A DNA stretch of 64,000 nt, taken from assembly GCA_964016885.1 (NCBI GenBank), contig OZ024760.1, positions 25,916,001-25,980,000 of the forward strand. Direction: 5' to 3'. This DNA is from Eledone cirrhosa (Eukaryota). Both the position numbers and the translations under genes were made by a program. Within the stretch, counting starts at the first letter, position 1. Every line of letters starts with the position of its first letter. The notes beneath the pieces were generated by a model that did no database searches, was not told the origin of the DNA, and saw only the letters and a list, made by a program, of their open reading frames with translations. This document shows positions 21,097 through 32,537 of this stretch, in pieces.

Positions 21097-21875
21097 TTTC
21101 GTGTCCGCCAGCGATGGAAGTACTCGTGGAGCTGGTTTGCTCTACGCACCATGATAGTTGGCTCTACGCCTCCTCTGAGATTGCTCACCTAGGTTGTACC
21201 CAGTCCCATTGAACAAGAACATAGAAGGAGAAAAGGATTATAGATTAAGGTTTCGTGTCCGCCAGCGATGGAAGTACTGGTGGAGCTGGTTTGCTCTACG
21301 CACCATGATAGTTGGCTCTACGCCTCCTCTGAGATTGCTCACCTAGGTTGTACCCAGTCCCATTGAACAAGAACATAGAAGGAGAAAAGGATTATAGATT
21401 AAGGTTTCGTGTCCGCCAGCGATGGAAGTACAGGTGCAGCTGGTTTGCTCTACGCGCCATGATAGTTGGCTCTACGCCTCCTCTGAGATTGCTCACCTAG
21501 GTTGTACCCAGTCCCATTGAACAAGAACATAGAAGGAGAAAAGGATTATAGATTAAGGTTTCGTGTCCGCCAGCGATGGAAGTACAGGTGCAGCTGGTTT
21601 GCTCTACGCACCATGCTAGTTGGCTCTACGCCTCCTCTGAGATTGCTCACCTAGGTTGTACCCAGTCCCATTGAACAAGAACATAGAAGGAGAAAAGGAT
21701 TATAGATTAAGGTTTCGTGTCCGCCAGCGATGGAAGTACAGGTGCAGCTGGTTTGCTCTACGCGCCATGATAGTTGGCTCTACGCCTCCTCTGAGATTGC
21801 TCACCTAGGTTGTACCCAGTCCCATTGAACAAGAACATAGAAGGAGAAAAGGATTATAGATTAAGGTTTCGTGTC
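21097..21875 (+). repeat. 154-bp minisatellite, 5 near-identical units, derived from the adjacent RTE 3' end
   Basis: gtgtccgccagcgatgg recurs at 21101, 21255, 21409, 21563 and 21717, with a partial unit at 21871; it shares ccgccagcgatgg, ggctctacgcctcc and agtcccat with 20717-20795. Confidence 0.92.
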
Positions 21876-22137
21876 GTGCAATGAAATACATTTTGTATTC
21901 TGTTCTCTAAGGTTTTTTATCAAACACTCAACCGAATGCTAACTAGTATACAACTGGTTCTTAAAGCATACCTTGTGTTTGCTGTGTGTATTTTACTCTA
22001 TTTTATATTCATGCTTATATCTATATTAATTTTATGTGATGTATTTATTTCATTACAAAGTGATATGGCTGTAGCCTTCGCTGTGTTGTGTTCTGTTGTG
22101 TTTGCATTGTTATATGGGGTGTTCTATTAGTTTCTGT

Positions 22138-22229
<92 letters not shown>

Positions 22230-22301
22230 ATAGCTTGACTACTGAGATAGGGCTGTCCCTCTTTCCGGTGGGTTTTTTCCATTGACTATGTCATGTGCAC
22301 T

Positions 22302-22374
<73 letters not shown>

Positions 22375-22479
22375 AATATATATATATATATATGTAGGAG
22401 GTGAGTTTTATTGTAGTACAATAAAGCAATGCAGATATCGGATAAGAAGCACTCTACAGTTTGTAGGACTGGAGTATAC

Positions 22480-22605
22480 ATAATATAAGATCAAAAGATG
22501 GTTAAAGGAGTTCCATGTATTTTATTATGCGCATTTCAAAAACATGTGAAATGCGCATAATAAAATACATGGAACTCCTTTAACCATCTTTTGATCTTAT
22601 ATTAT
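22480..22605. repeat. Perfect hairpin, 59-bp arms, 8-nt loop
   Basis: Exact reverse-complement arms; contains GAAA-T(GCGC)A-TA followed by AATAAA. Confidence 0.95.
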
Positions 22606-22639
22606 ATATATATATATGTATGTATATCATATATATATG

Positions 22640-22689
<50 letters not shown>

Positions 22690-22728
22690 TGTATGTATGT
22701 ATATCATATATATATATATATGTATAAC

Positions 22729-22763
<35 letters not shown>

Positions 22764-22871
22764 AGTGTGTGCGTGTGCGTGTGTGTGTGTATAAGAGATG
22801 TCAACATGAATGGACCTGATATTTTTATCTAAAGGGATATGTTAAAACTGATATCATCATCATTATCATCA

Positions 22872-22906
<35 letters not shown>

Positions 22907-23403
22907 GTTAACTACTAAGTGTTGTACTGTGGTGGCAAAGGGAGATAACTGTATTTGTATAAAGACCACCACTACTAATACTACTATTACCACTACTATG
23001 GGGCAAGATTGAACCAGTGAGCCAGAACAAATGACTAAGAGTGGCTGAGAGAAAAGAGTACTCAATACCTATGTAGAGTTTTAATATTCAGTATTGTTAA
23101 GGCTAAAAGATTTCTTGTCTTAATCTGATGGGCCTGTGGTAAACAGGCGAAACTCCGGTGTAACAAGACTCACTTTTCAGCCTTAATAATATTGGATATA
23201 TATATATATATATGTATGTATGACCCCGACGGCAGAGCTCAAGCGGTTTTGACGGCTATTACTGGCGTCCAGAAATAGCCGTCGAAACGGCTTGAGATCT
23301 GCCGTTGGGGTCATATATTTTCCTATTACCCACTCCACTACCCTAAGTATTGAGTACTCTGGTGCGTTATGGTCCATCTGGTTCCTTACCACAACTCCTT
23401 CGT

Positions 23404-23455
<52 letters not shown>

Positions 23456-23460
23456 CATAC

Positions 23461-23529
<69 letters not shown>

Positions 23530-23736
23530 AGTAAGTAAGACCCCGACGGCTGAGCTCAAGCCGTTTCGACGGCTAATTCTATATATATATATAAACCAGA
23601 ATGGGTGCAGTAAAAACCAGTTAGATCATTACTCACCAGAGTACTCGATACTTGGGGGAGAAGAGTGGGTAATATGAAAGATTTTCAAGACCCTGACAGC
23701 TGAGCTCCTGCCGTTTCAACAGCTATACATATGTGA

Positions 23737-23817
<81 letters not shown>

Positions 23818-23872
23818 TGTGTGTGTGTGTACATAATTACTATATACGTAAACATACTGATTGAATGATTAA

Positions 23873-24296
23873 CCCTTTAGCATTGACATTACTCTATATT
23901 TACTATTGTATTTTTGAGGTTAAGGCCTAACCTGACATGATTATCTCATATAATATCGGGCGGTGGATTGGCAGTATCGGTAGAGGGTCGGACGCCATGC
24001 TTTCCAGCATAGTTACGTCCCTTTAAGATCTGAGTTCAAATCCCGCCGAGGTTGACTTTGCCTTTCATCCTTACGGGTTCGATAAAATAAAGTACCAGTA
24101 ATGCACTGGGTTATTGCTGGCCTTGTGCCTAAAGTAGAAACAATTATCTCATATAATATCGAATCAACGAGATTTTGATGTTATTTATTTTGAGAACAAT
24201 ACCTTAATATAAGTATGAGCAGCTACTTACAGCTGGTTTCAAAAGAAAGAAGTGAGAGAATTCTGGTCGGATATGGCCGGTTTAAATGCTCAAGGG
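23873..24296. mobile_element. piggyBac-like MITE (CCC...GGG ends, TTAA-type target) containing a nested SINE
   Basis: ttaa|ccctttagcatt ... aatgctcaaggg|ttga. Confidence 0.6.
23959..24142 (+). mobile_element. tRNA-derived SINE (family A) with 19-bp target-site duplication
   Basis: A box TGGCAGTATCGG, B box GAGTTCAAATC, core gcctttcatccttacgggttcgataaaataaagtacc; TSD attatctcatataatatcg at 23940-23958 and 24143-24161. Confidence 0.9.
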
Positions 24297-24415
24297 TTGA
24301 AGCTTAGGTGGAGAGATATTTCCGACACTACATTGCAATTTTCTTTACGGAGAAAACACTGAAAGAAGTCGCGAGAGCTATCTTTTCATCTATCACGCAG
24401 CTATTATATATATTA

Positions 24416-24889
24416 CTAGAATGTTTCTCAACACGCTGGCGCGTGTGTAGGTATATTGTTATAAATGTGCAAACATAGACACACTTACGAAAATAAGTCG
24501 CTCAAATTGATATATAGATTGTACACACAAGTTTAGCGAATGTTAGACGCTATTTTCTGTAGTTTGTCATCTCCCCTTCCTTCCTCAGTCATCTCTAGTG
24601 TGTGACAGACGGGCGGACGGGAGTCGCTAAAATTTATATATAGATTGTACACACAGGTGTAGTGAATGTTAGCGGCTGTTTTTCTGTAGTTTGTCATCAT
24701 CCCTTTCTTCCTCAGTCATCTCTATTGTGTGACTGACGGACGGACGGAAGTCGCTAAAATGTATATATAGATTGTACATACAAATGTAGTGAATGTTAGC
24801 GGCTGTTTTCTGTAGATTGTCATCACCCCTTCCTTAATCGTCTCTAGTGTGTGACAGAGGGACGGAAGTCATTGAAATTTATATATAGA
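24416..24889 (-). mobile_element. Non-autonomous Helitron with tandemly repeated 5' ends
   Basis: The minus strand starts A|TCTATATAT and ends CTAG|T, with hairpin ACACGC-GCCA-GCGTGT 11 nt before CTAG; three ~125-bp internal repeats. Confidence 0.75.
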
Positions 24890-24934
24890 TTATCAAAAAA
24901 AATATTATTAATAATGTAAAATAGAGAAGAGTGG

Positions 24935-26963
24935 TTGTGGGGACATCGGTAGAGCGTCGGAAAAGATTATTTCGTCACTTTACGTTTTAAGTACAAATCC
25001 CACCGAGGTTAGCTTTGCCTTTCATCCTTCTGGGGTCGATAAAATAAAGTACCAACACAAATGGCCATAAAAATAACAGTAGATCACTTTAAATAATAGT
25101 TGAGAAAGTCGAATAAAGTACACCCTCGGATGCGGAAGCAAGTGAACAGACGCTCCAGTGAGGAATCGAACACCGCATCTCAGGATGCCGAGTGAATGTT
25201 TTAACCACTACGCTAAAGGCGTTGGTCGTGGTAGAATCGTTAGAGCGACGAACAAAACTAAATGTCGCCCTGTGTTGATTTAGTTTAAGTTACAGCATTT
25301 TGCGCTCAGTTCAAAATCATAAGTAATGATAAATATTTAATCCTTCCTGCTCTGATAGAGTACCAGTTATATAATGATGCCAATATCATCAATTACAACC
25401 TTACCCCGTGAAATTTTAGACCCTGTGTTATCATCATCATCATCATCATCATTATAGTGAGCGTCCTAGAAAAAGAAAATAATCCATCATCATCAGCATA
25501 TTCATTTGAATTGGCAGTATCGGTAGAGGGTCGGATGTCATGCTTTGCAGCATAGAGTTACGGCCCGTTATGGTCTGAGTTCAAATCCCACCGAGGTTAA
25601 CTTTGACTTTCATCCTTACGGGGGTCGATAAAATAAAGTACCAGTAATACACTGGTTTAATTGCTGGCCTTGTGCCAAAAGTAGAAACAATTATTATGGT
25701 TAGCTTTGCCATTCATCCTTACTGGGTCGATAAAACAAAGTATCAGTAACGCGATGGGGTCGATTTAATCGACTTTCTCTCACCACCCCAAAAAGATTGT
25801 TGGCCTTTGCCTAAATCAGAACCCATTGTGGTGGACGTCCTTGAAAATAAATAAATAAATAAATAGATAAATAAATAAGTCATCATCACTATCGTCATCA
25901 CCCCCATCATCACCCACCCAACCATCCCCATCATCACCCACCCAACCATCCCCATCATCACCCCCATCATCATCACCATCTTCATTATTACTGGTGGATT
26001 TGGCAGTATCGGTAGAGGGTCGGACGCCATGCTTTCCAGCATAGTTACGTCCCTTTACGATCTGAGTTCAAATCCCGCCGAGGTCAACTTTGCCTTTCAT
26101 CCTTACGGGGTCGATAAAATAAAGTACCAGTAATGCACTGGGTAATTGCTGGCCTTGTGCCTAAAGTAGAAACAATTATTACTATGGTGATTATCCCCCC
26201 ACCCCCCACCCCCCCAAAAAAATTATAAATAGATAATAACTTAGAAAAAATATAATCCTTAGTAAGGTCCCGGTGAGAAGATTTGTGTTAGATACACGGT
26301 TTCAATGCCCGGTTGTAGAAGCAGAGGTCGTTTTTCTTTTGTCGCTAATGCTCCTTGGAGGATGGGAAGGGCATAACCACCACAACATCAACACCAACAC
26401 CCCGTCGTTTGCTTGTTGGGTCGGTAGTTAAGTGTGCAGATCTGTAAATATCAATACCGTTATCGAAAAATAATCGTTGGAGCGTCGGATAAATGCTTGG
26501 CAGTTACTTGCTCTGGCTCTTTATGTTCTGAGTTCAAATCACGCCGAGGTCAACTCAGCCTTTCATCCTTTCGCGGTCGATAAATAAAGTACCAGTTAAG
26601 TACTGGGTCGTTATGATTGATTTTTGTTTCCCTACCCCTCAACTATTGCTGGCCTTGTGCTAAAAGTAGAAACACTTACTGTGGTGGGGGAATAGCAATA
26701 ACAGTAGGGTCGTTTCGTTGAATGAAACCTTGCGGTATTTAAATACGTCCTCACCAAATTTTGATTTTAAGTTCTGGGCTTGAAGTGAGCCAAGTTTGAC
26801 TTTGCTGAAGATCCTTCCGGTAGAAGAGATGAACAAAATACTCTAGGGACAAGTCGTCGTTTGGGGCCAGCCAATTATAAACAACTATTTCAACTCTTTC
26901 AAGCCCTCGTCCTCCTCACTGCGTCCTTCCTCCAAGTTGTGGCTATATGCCGCAGTAAGTATA

Positions 26964-27026
<63 letters not shown>

Positions 27027-27222
27027 GGTGGTGGTGGTGGTGGTTTGGCAGTATCGGTAGAGGGTCGGACGCCATGCTTTCCAGCATAAAGATACGTCAC
27101 TTTACGATCTGAGTTCAAATCCCGCCGAGGTTAACTTTGCCTTTCATCCCTACGGGGTCGATAAAATAAAGTACCAGTAATACACTGGGATAATTGCTGG
27201 CCTTGTGCCAAAACTAGAAACA

Positions 27223-27269
<47 letters not shown>

Positions 27270-27892
27270 GGTTGTTGTTTTTGTTGTTGATGTTGTTGCA
27301 GTTGTTGTTACTACTATTAATGGCATTGAATTGGCAGAGCCGATTGACAGAACCGGTAAGAGCATCGGACAAGATGCTTAACAGCATAGTGTTACGTCCC
27401 GTTACATTCTAAATTCAAATCCGGCCGAGGTTAGCTTTGCCTTTCATCCTTCTGGGGTCGATAAAATAAAATACCAGTCACGTACTGGGGTCGATTTAAT
27501 CGACTTTTTTCCCTCACCTATGCGCCCCCCCCCTCCTTCAAATTGCTGGCCTTGTGCCTAAATCAGAAACCATTATTATCATGGTTGTAGTTGTTGTTGA
27601 TGATGCTTTTGTCACCATTAATGGCGGGGAATCGACAGAATCAGTGGAGTGTCGGAGAAATACTTTATGCGCACCGTACTTTACCGTTCTGCGATCAAAT
27701 TCCCGCCGAGGACAACTTTGCCTTTCATCCTTTCTTATCCAAGGTCGATAAAATAAAGTAACCAGTGATATACTGGGGATCGATATAAGCGACTTAACCC
27801 TGTGCCATGCCCCCACCCCCGGCCAAAAATAATTGCTGGCCTTGTGCCTAATTTCGGAACCATTATTATTGCTGCTACTACTACTGCTGCTG

Positions 27893-27940
<48 letters not shown>

Positions 27941-28283
27941 TGTAAGTATTATCCTTCCGGTGTCGATGATAGCGTCATGTACCAGTAATGTACTGTGGTC
28001 GATTTAATCGACTATAAATAACCTCAATCCAAATGTGTGGCCTTGCGCCATCTAATGTGTCAATATTATTATTATATGCTTTTTTCATGGGCGGTGGATT
28101 GGCAGAATCGGTAGAGCGTCGGACGCCATGCTTTGCAGCATAGAGTTATGACCCTTTGCGTTCTGAGTTCAAATCCCGCCGAGGTTAACTTTGCCTTTCA
28201 TCCTTACGGGGGTCGATAAAATAAAGTACCAGTAATACACTGGGGTAATTGCTGGCCTTGTGCCAAAAGTAGAAACAATTATT
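24935..28283 (+). mobile_element. Cluster of ~10 same-orientation family A SINE copies or fragments (e.g. 25507-25695, 25992-26180, 26470-26680, 27044-27226, 27328-27575, 27622-27868, 28089-28283)
   Basis: Repeated B box GTTCAAATC plus core gcctttcatcct..ggggtcgataaaataaagtacc (resembles the Meta/MESC SINE domain) and (ATT)n tails. Confidence 0.9.
25151..25220 (-). mobile_element. tRNA-like SINE head (not a functional tRNA)
   Basis: A box TAGCGTAGTGG and B box GTTCGATTC are present, but the acceptor and anticodon stems are not well formed. Confidence 0.5.
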
Positions 28284-28368
28284 ATATGCTCAATATAAAT
28301 ATTATTATCACTATTATTATAATAATTATTATTATTATCACCATTATCACTATTATTCCTACTACTAC

Positions 28369-28410
<42 letters not shown>

Positions 28411-29082
28411 CGATGTCATAATCATCATTATCACCATCAACACAATTATCATCACTTTTTTTTTTTTTTTTCTAAAAATTGAAAAATTAAAAAAATTTTT
28501 TTGTCAAAACGAAAAGAACCAAAAAGAAAAAAAAAATTCTGATGTTATAAACCAATGAAACAACTTTCAACCTTATACGTGGCAATATATTTTCACTGAC
28601 TTTTGCGACCAATTCCCCCCACTCCCATTTCAAAACAAAATAAATATTCAAAAGAAAAAACAAAAAAAAAACAACAAAATTTACCCCAAAAATAAAAGAA
28701 AACACAATTACCCAATTTTTTTAGTTTGGATTTATAGACAAATTCTCCATCCCTCTCTCCCTACTCAACTATCACAATTTTTGTGACGTTTTTAACAATA
28801 ATAATAATAATAATAATAATGATTTCTTTATTAACCACAAGGGTTTACATAAAGTAGACATTAAGGACAGTGCAGGACAATGCAGGACGGTACAAATGGG
28901 CATTTCTGCGTGTAAAAAAACAAAAATAGAGGATGTAACAAAAATAACAATGAAAATAACAATGAAAAATTCCCCAATAGGGGGGAGACTTCGGAGGAAC
29001 ATTTGTGGAGAAAGCCCAGTAAAAAGCCACAATGACCCTGACCACCAAGGCAAGTGCCCTCTCCCAGTTTTCCACCTTTAGT

Positions 29083-32000
29083 TTACAGATATATACTCAG
29101 AGTCGGCCCATTCACTCGGGCCATTCTTGCTTCTCTCACCCATCTTTCAACAAAATGCTGGGAAGAGAGCACTTCCTTCTCTACTCTGATTTTCCTTTTC
29201 AAATGAAATTTGAAAAAGTCAATCAGAGCATCACCGAAGAGGTAAGTGCTCGTCTTCAGCCCTTTCAAACGTGTCCACCATACTATCTCTTTCGCCATGG
29301 CCACCAGACAGATAAAAACTGCCTGCCCTTCCCGGCTAAAGGAGGAGGGCGGGGCAATCCTCACGATAGACTCAGATGATAGCTGGATCCGTCCCAAACG
29401 CGACAGCAGGTGTTCGACATAAACCCACAAGTCAGCAATTTTCGGACACTGGACGAGTGCGTGCAGGACGGTTTCGTCGCCCTGCGCGCATCTCGGACAT
29501 TCCCGGCTGACGGCACCTCCATGCCTGTAGAGTTTATCCCGAACTGGCAAGGCTCCTCGGTAGCACTGCCAGGCCAGAGATTTCTGGAAGTTGTCCATAG
29601 GCCCTGGCCCGAAGGTTCTTCCGAAGAGATTGGCTAGTTGATTTTCGTCGACGCCTAGAGTTTCCCCAAGTACGTCGTCGCTCTTCCCCTCCACTAATCC
29701 TCTATAGAACGCCGAGGTGGAGTTTCCACCGATCACATTGCCCGATTGGTCGAGGGCTGTGAGCGCCTGAAGACATTCCAGTCTCCAGGCGCTCCCTCTC
29801 GGTCTTCGCTTGACCCAGGACTGCAGCTCCGTCAAGGAAACGAGCTGGGGAAAAACGCGTCTAGCAAACGGCGACCACACCTGATCACCGTCGAGGAAGA
29901 GGTGGAGATGTCGTAGCCTGAGCGCGTGCCTGCGCATCATCAGCCACGGCATGCCCAGCCCTCCACGTAGCGGGTGTTGACAACAGATGGACCGCCTGAC
30001 CATCGGAGCACGTCCCTTCCACAAAAAGCGAAAGAGCAAACGCTCCAGCGCAGTCAGGCGAGGCTTAGGACAAGGTACGACGGTTAGGCGGTAGCAGATG
30101 ACAGACGCGATGTACGCGTTAGCCACCTCCGCTCGACCTTTCAGGGATAGCTTCCTCTCCGCCCATTTCTGGGTGAGAGAAGCCACCCTGCTCGTCACCT
30201 CGTCCCAGTTTTTGTCCGTCTGGAGGTCCGGACCGAACCAGACCCCTAGCAATTTAACCGGTCCGTCCGTCCAGCGCCCGACGACGCTGTTGGACGGCAT
30301 GGACCTGCCTCTCCAGGTGCCGAGCTGCAGGCCCACTGACTTTTCCTGGTTGATCATTGCTCCTGTCACCGCTTCGTATTCTCTTAGTGTAGTGCCGATC
30401 GCCTCGATGTGTTTGGCGTTCGACACCACTACGGTGACATCGTCCGCATATGCTGACACGGATCTTCCGCATCCTAGTTCGCGCGGGACTCCCCTCAACG
30501 TCTCCAGTTTGTGCAGTAATGGCTCGAGAGTCAATACGTACAAGAGGGACGAGAGGGGACATCCTTGGCGGACCGAGCGCATGATGTTGAACGGTTCCGA
30601 CAGGTGACCGTTCACTCTCACCACAGAGCAGATGTCGCTGTGCATGGCAGCGATCCAGCCTCTGAAGACGGGCCCAAAGCCAGCCGCCCTCAGGACTGCC
30701 GCTAGGTAACGATGGTCGACCCTATCGAAAGCTTTCGACTGATCTAAATTGATCAAGGACCCACCCGTGCCAGGTTCCCTAGCTACCTTCTCTACGATGT
30801 ATCGCATGAGGTGGAGGTTGTCGTGGATGGATCTGTCGGGAATGGCGCATGTCTGCGCCTCTCCCACCAGACCACCAACGACAAGCGCCAACCTCTTTGC
30901 TAGCACCTTGGCCAAAATCTTAAACTCTGTGTTTAGCAGAGTTATGGGCCGGAAATTGTCTATGTTATCCCCCTTGTTCGGATCCTTTCTCAGCAGTGCC
31001 ACCGCTCCTCGGCTCACAGAACTGGGAATTCTCCCGTTCTGTTGCCAGTTGCAGTAGACGTCCGCCAAGAGGCCTCCGAACAAGTCTGGCATCTGTACGT
31101 AAAGTTCATAGGGCAGACCATCCAAACCAGGCGATTTACCCCTTGTGCAGCCAGTCATTGCCTCCCTTACTTCAGCGGCTGTTATCGGCTTTTCGCAACA
31201 CTTCGCCTCAGTGGCCGAGAGCCGCGGCAGTCCGTCGAGGTAGACACTAAAGTCCATCCCTCTACCCGGCCCCCCGCTGCCCCCGAACAGCTGAGCGAAG
31301 TGTCGCTGAAAAGCTTCACACATTTGCCCGGGATCGAGTAGCATGCGCCCGTCGTGGTCCACCAAAGACCGGATCGTGGCTTTGTTGCCACGACGCGCCT
31401 CCGCCACTCGGGCCCATTGAACGGCTTTCGTCCCCTCGTGTCTGAGAGCACGCACCCTAGCTCTGACAACGCAGCCTTCGTGCTTTGCATTGAAGAATTG
31501 GTCAAGGGCCAATTTCGCCGCAAGCACGTCGGTCGCAATGCCTTTGCTAAGCGCCTCGTCTAATTTTCTAACTAGTTCTCCCTCTGCTCTATTTTTCTCT
31601 ATTGCTAAAGCCTTACTAAACCTAATCGATTCTATTCTAATCGCTCTTTTCAGAGCAAACCACCACTTGTTGTTGACGATGGCCCCCGTCAACGCCCGCT
31701 TAACTAGTTCGCTAATCCGGTCTCTGTAGGCCTTGCGCGCTGGTAAGGACGCGTTTAGCTTCCAGTAGCCGGGTCCTCGTCTATGAAGCCTATCTAAGTC
31801 AAGCACACAGATCACGAATTTGTGGTCCGTGTAGCTGACTATCTTGAATTGTGGACAGCCTATGCTAGACCTATCTATTTCCCTACAAAATACTCTATCT
31901 AGATATGATCTGGATGACCCTATGCGGTTTGTCCAAGTCCACATTGGCACATTCGGGAAATCCAATCGGTACCTGTCAGACAGTTCAAAACGCCTGAGCA

Positions 32001-32502
32001 GGTTGGTGAGGCTCTTGCACCCTCCACCCCTATCCGCTAATCCCACACAGTCCCAGCGTGCATCTAAGATCCCGTTCCAGTCGCCCACTAACACTAAAGA
32101 GCGCGACGTTCCAAGAAAGGTCTCCAGACGCCGGAAGAAATCAGGCCGCCCTGCTCCTGTCGGGGCATAGACGGCCACTAGCCTGAAAGCTTGCCCGTCT
32201 CCGCTGGTCACGTCCAGCACCACCAGCTTACCCTCTGGGTCCAGGAAGATGGCCCGTATGGCGAGATCCAAACCTCTCCGAAAAAGCACAGCAACTCCTC
32301 CACCGGATCCAGGACGGCTGGGAGATGCGTACACATCGTAGCCGCCGAAGATCGGTGCGAAGGCCCGTGCTTCGGAGATTCTGGTCTCGCTGATGGCCAC
32401 TACATCTATGTTTAGTGACCTGAGGTCGTTGAGCAGGTGACCCTGCTTCCATGACGACCCCAAGCCACGCGCATTTATGCTGCCTATTCTGAGTGAGGTC
32501 AT
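29083..32502 (-). CDS. LINE (L1/Tx1 clade) ORF2: APE endonuclease + reverse transcriptase + C-terminal CCHC zinc finger, 1139 aa, uninterrupted
   Basis: APE motifs SINARGL, VAISET, VGDWN, SYLDRVF, YTDHK; RT motifs PGLDG, RPITLLN, DQSKAFDRVDH, RQGCPLS, YADD; C-terminal CPRC-x8-H-x4-C. W(TW)TN and GYWKLN motifs are typical of L1/Tx1. Confidence 0.96.
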   Translation of the reverse strand: MTSLRIGSINARGLGSSWKQGHLLNDLRSLNIDVVAISETRISEARAFAPIFGGYDVYASPSRPGSGGGVAVLFRRGLDLAIRAIFLDPEGKLVVLDVTSGDGQAFRLVAVYAPTGAGRPDFFRRLETFLGTSRSLVLVGDWNGILDARWDCVGLADRGGGCKSLTNLLRRFELSDRYRLDFPNVPMWTWTNRIGSSRSYLDRVFCREIDRSSIGCPQFKIVSYTDHKFVICVLDLDRLHRRGPGYWKLNASLPARKAYRDRISELVKRALTGAIVNNKWWFALKRAIRIESIRFSKALAIEKNRAEGELVRKLDEALSKGIATDVLAAKLALDQFFNAKHEGCVVRARVRALRHEGTKAVQWARVAEARRGNKATIRSLVDHDGRMLLDPGQMCEAFQRHFAQLFGGSGGPGRGMDFSVYLDGLPRLSATEAKCCEKPITAAEVREAMTGCTRGKSPGLDGLPYELYVQMPDLFGGLLADVYCNWQQNGRIPSSVSRGAVALLRKDPNKGDNIDNFRPITLLNTEFKILAKVLAKRLALVVGGLVGEAQTCAIPDRSIHDNLHLMRYIVEKVAREPGTGGSLINLDQSKAFDRVDHRYLAAVLRAAGFGPVFRGWIAAMHSDICSVVRVNGHLSEPFNIMRSVRQGCPLSSLLYVLTLEPLLHKLETLRGVPRELGCGRSVSAYADDVTVVVSNAKHIEAIGTTLREYEAVTGAMINQEKSVGLQLGTWRGRSMPSNSVVGRWTDGPVKLLGVWFGPDLQTDKNWDEVTSRVASLTQKWAERKLSLKGRAEVANAYIASVICYRLTVVPCPKPRLTALERLLFRFLWKGRAPMVRRSICCQHPLRGGLGMPWLMMRRHALRLRHLHLFLDGDQVWSPFARRVFPQLVSLTELQSWVKRRPRGSAWRLECLQALTALDQSGNVIGGNSTSAFYRGLVEGKSDDVLGETLGVDENQLANLFGRTFGPGPMDNFQKSLAWQCYRGALPVRDKLYRHGGAVSRECPRCAQGDETVLHALVQCPKIADLWVYVEHLLSRLGRIQLSSESIVRIAPPSSFSREGQAVFICLVAMAKEIVWWTRLKGLKTSTYLFGDALIDFFKFHLKRKIRVEKEVLSSQHFVERWVREARMARVNGPTLSIYL

Positions 32503-32537
32503 GTTTAAAATAGAGTGGAAAAGATGGGAAAGACCAC

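Noticed and set aside
25151-25220. Possible tRNA gene
   Set aside because: A and B boxes only; the cloverleaf stems do not pair, so it is a SINE head.
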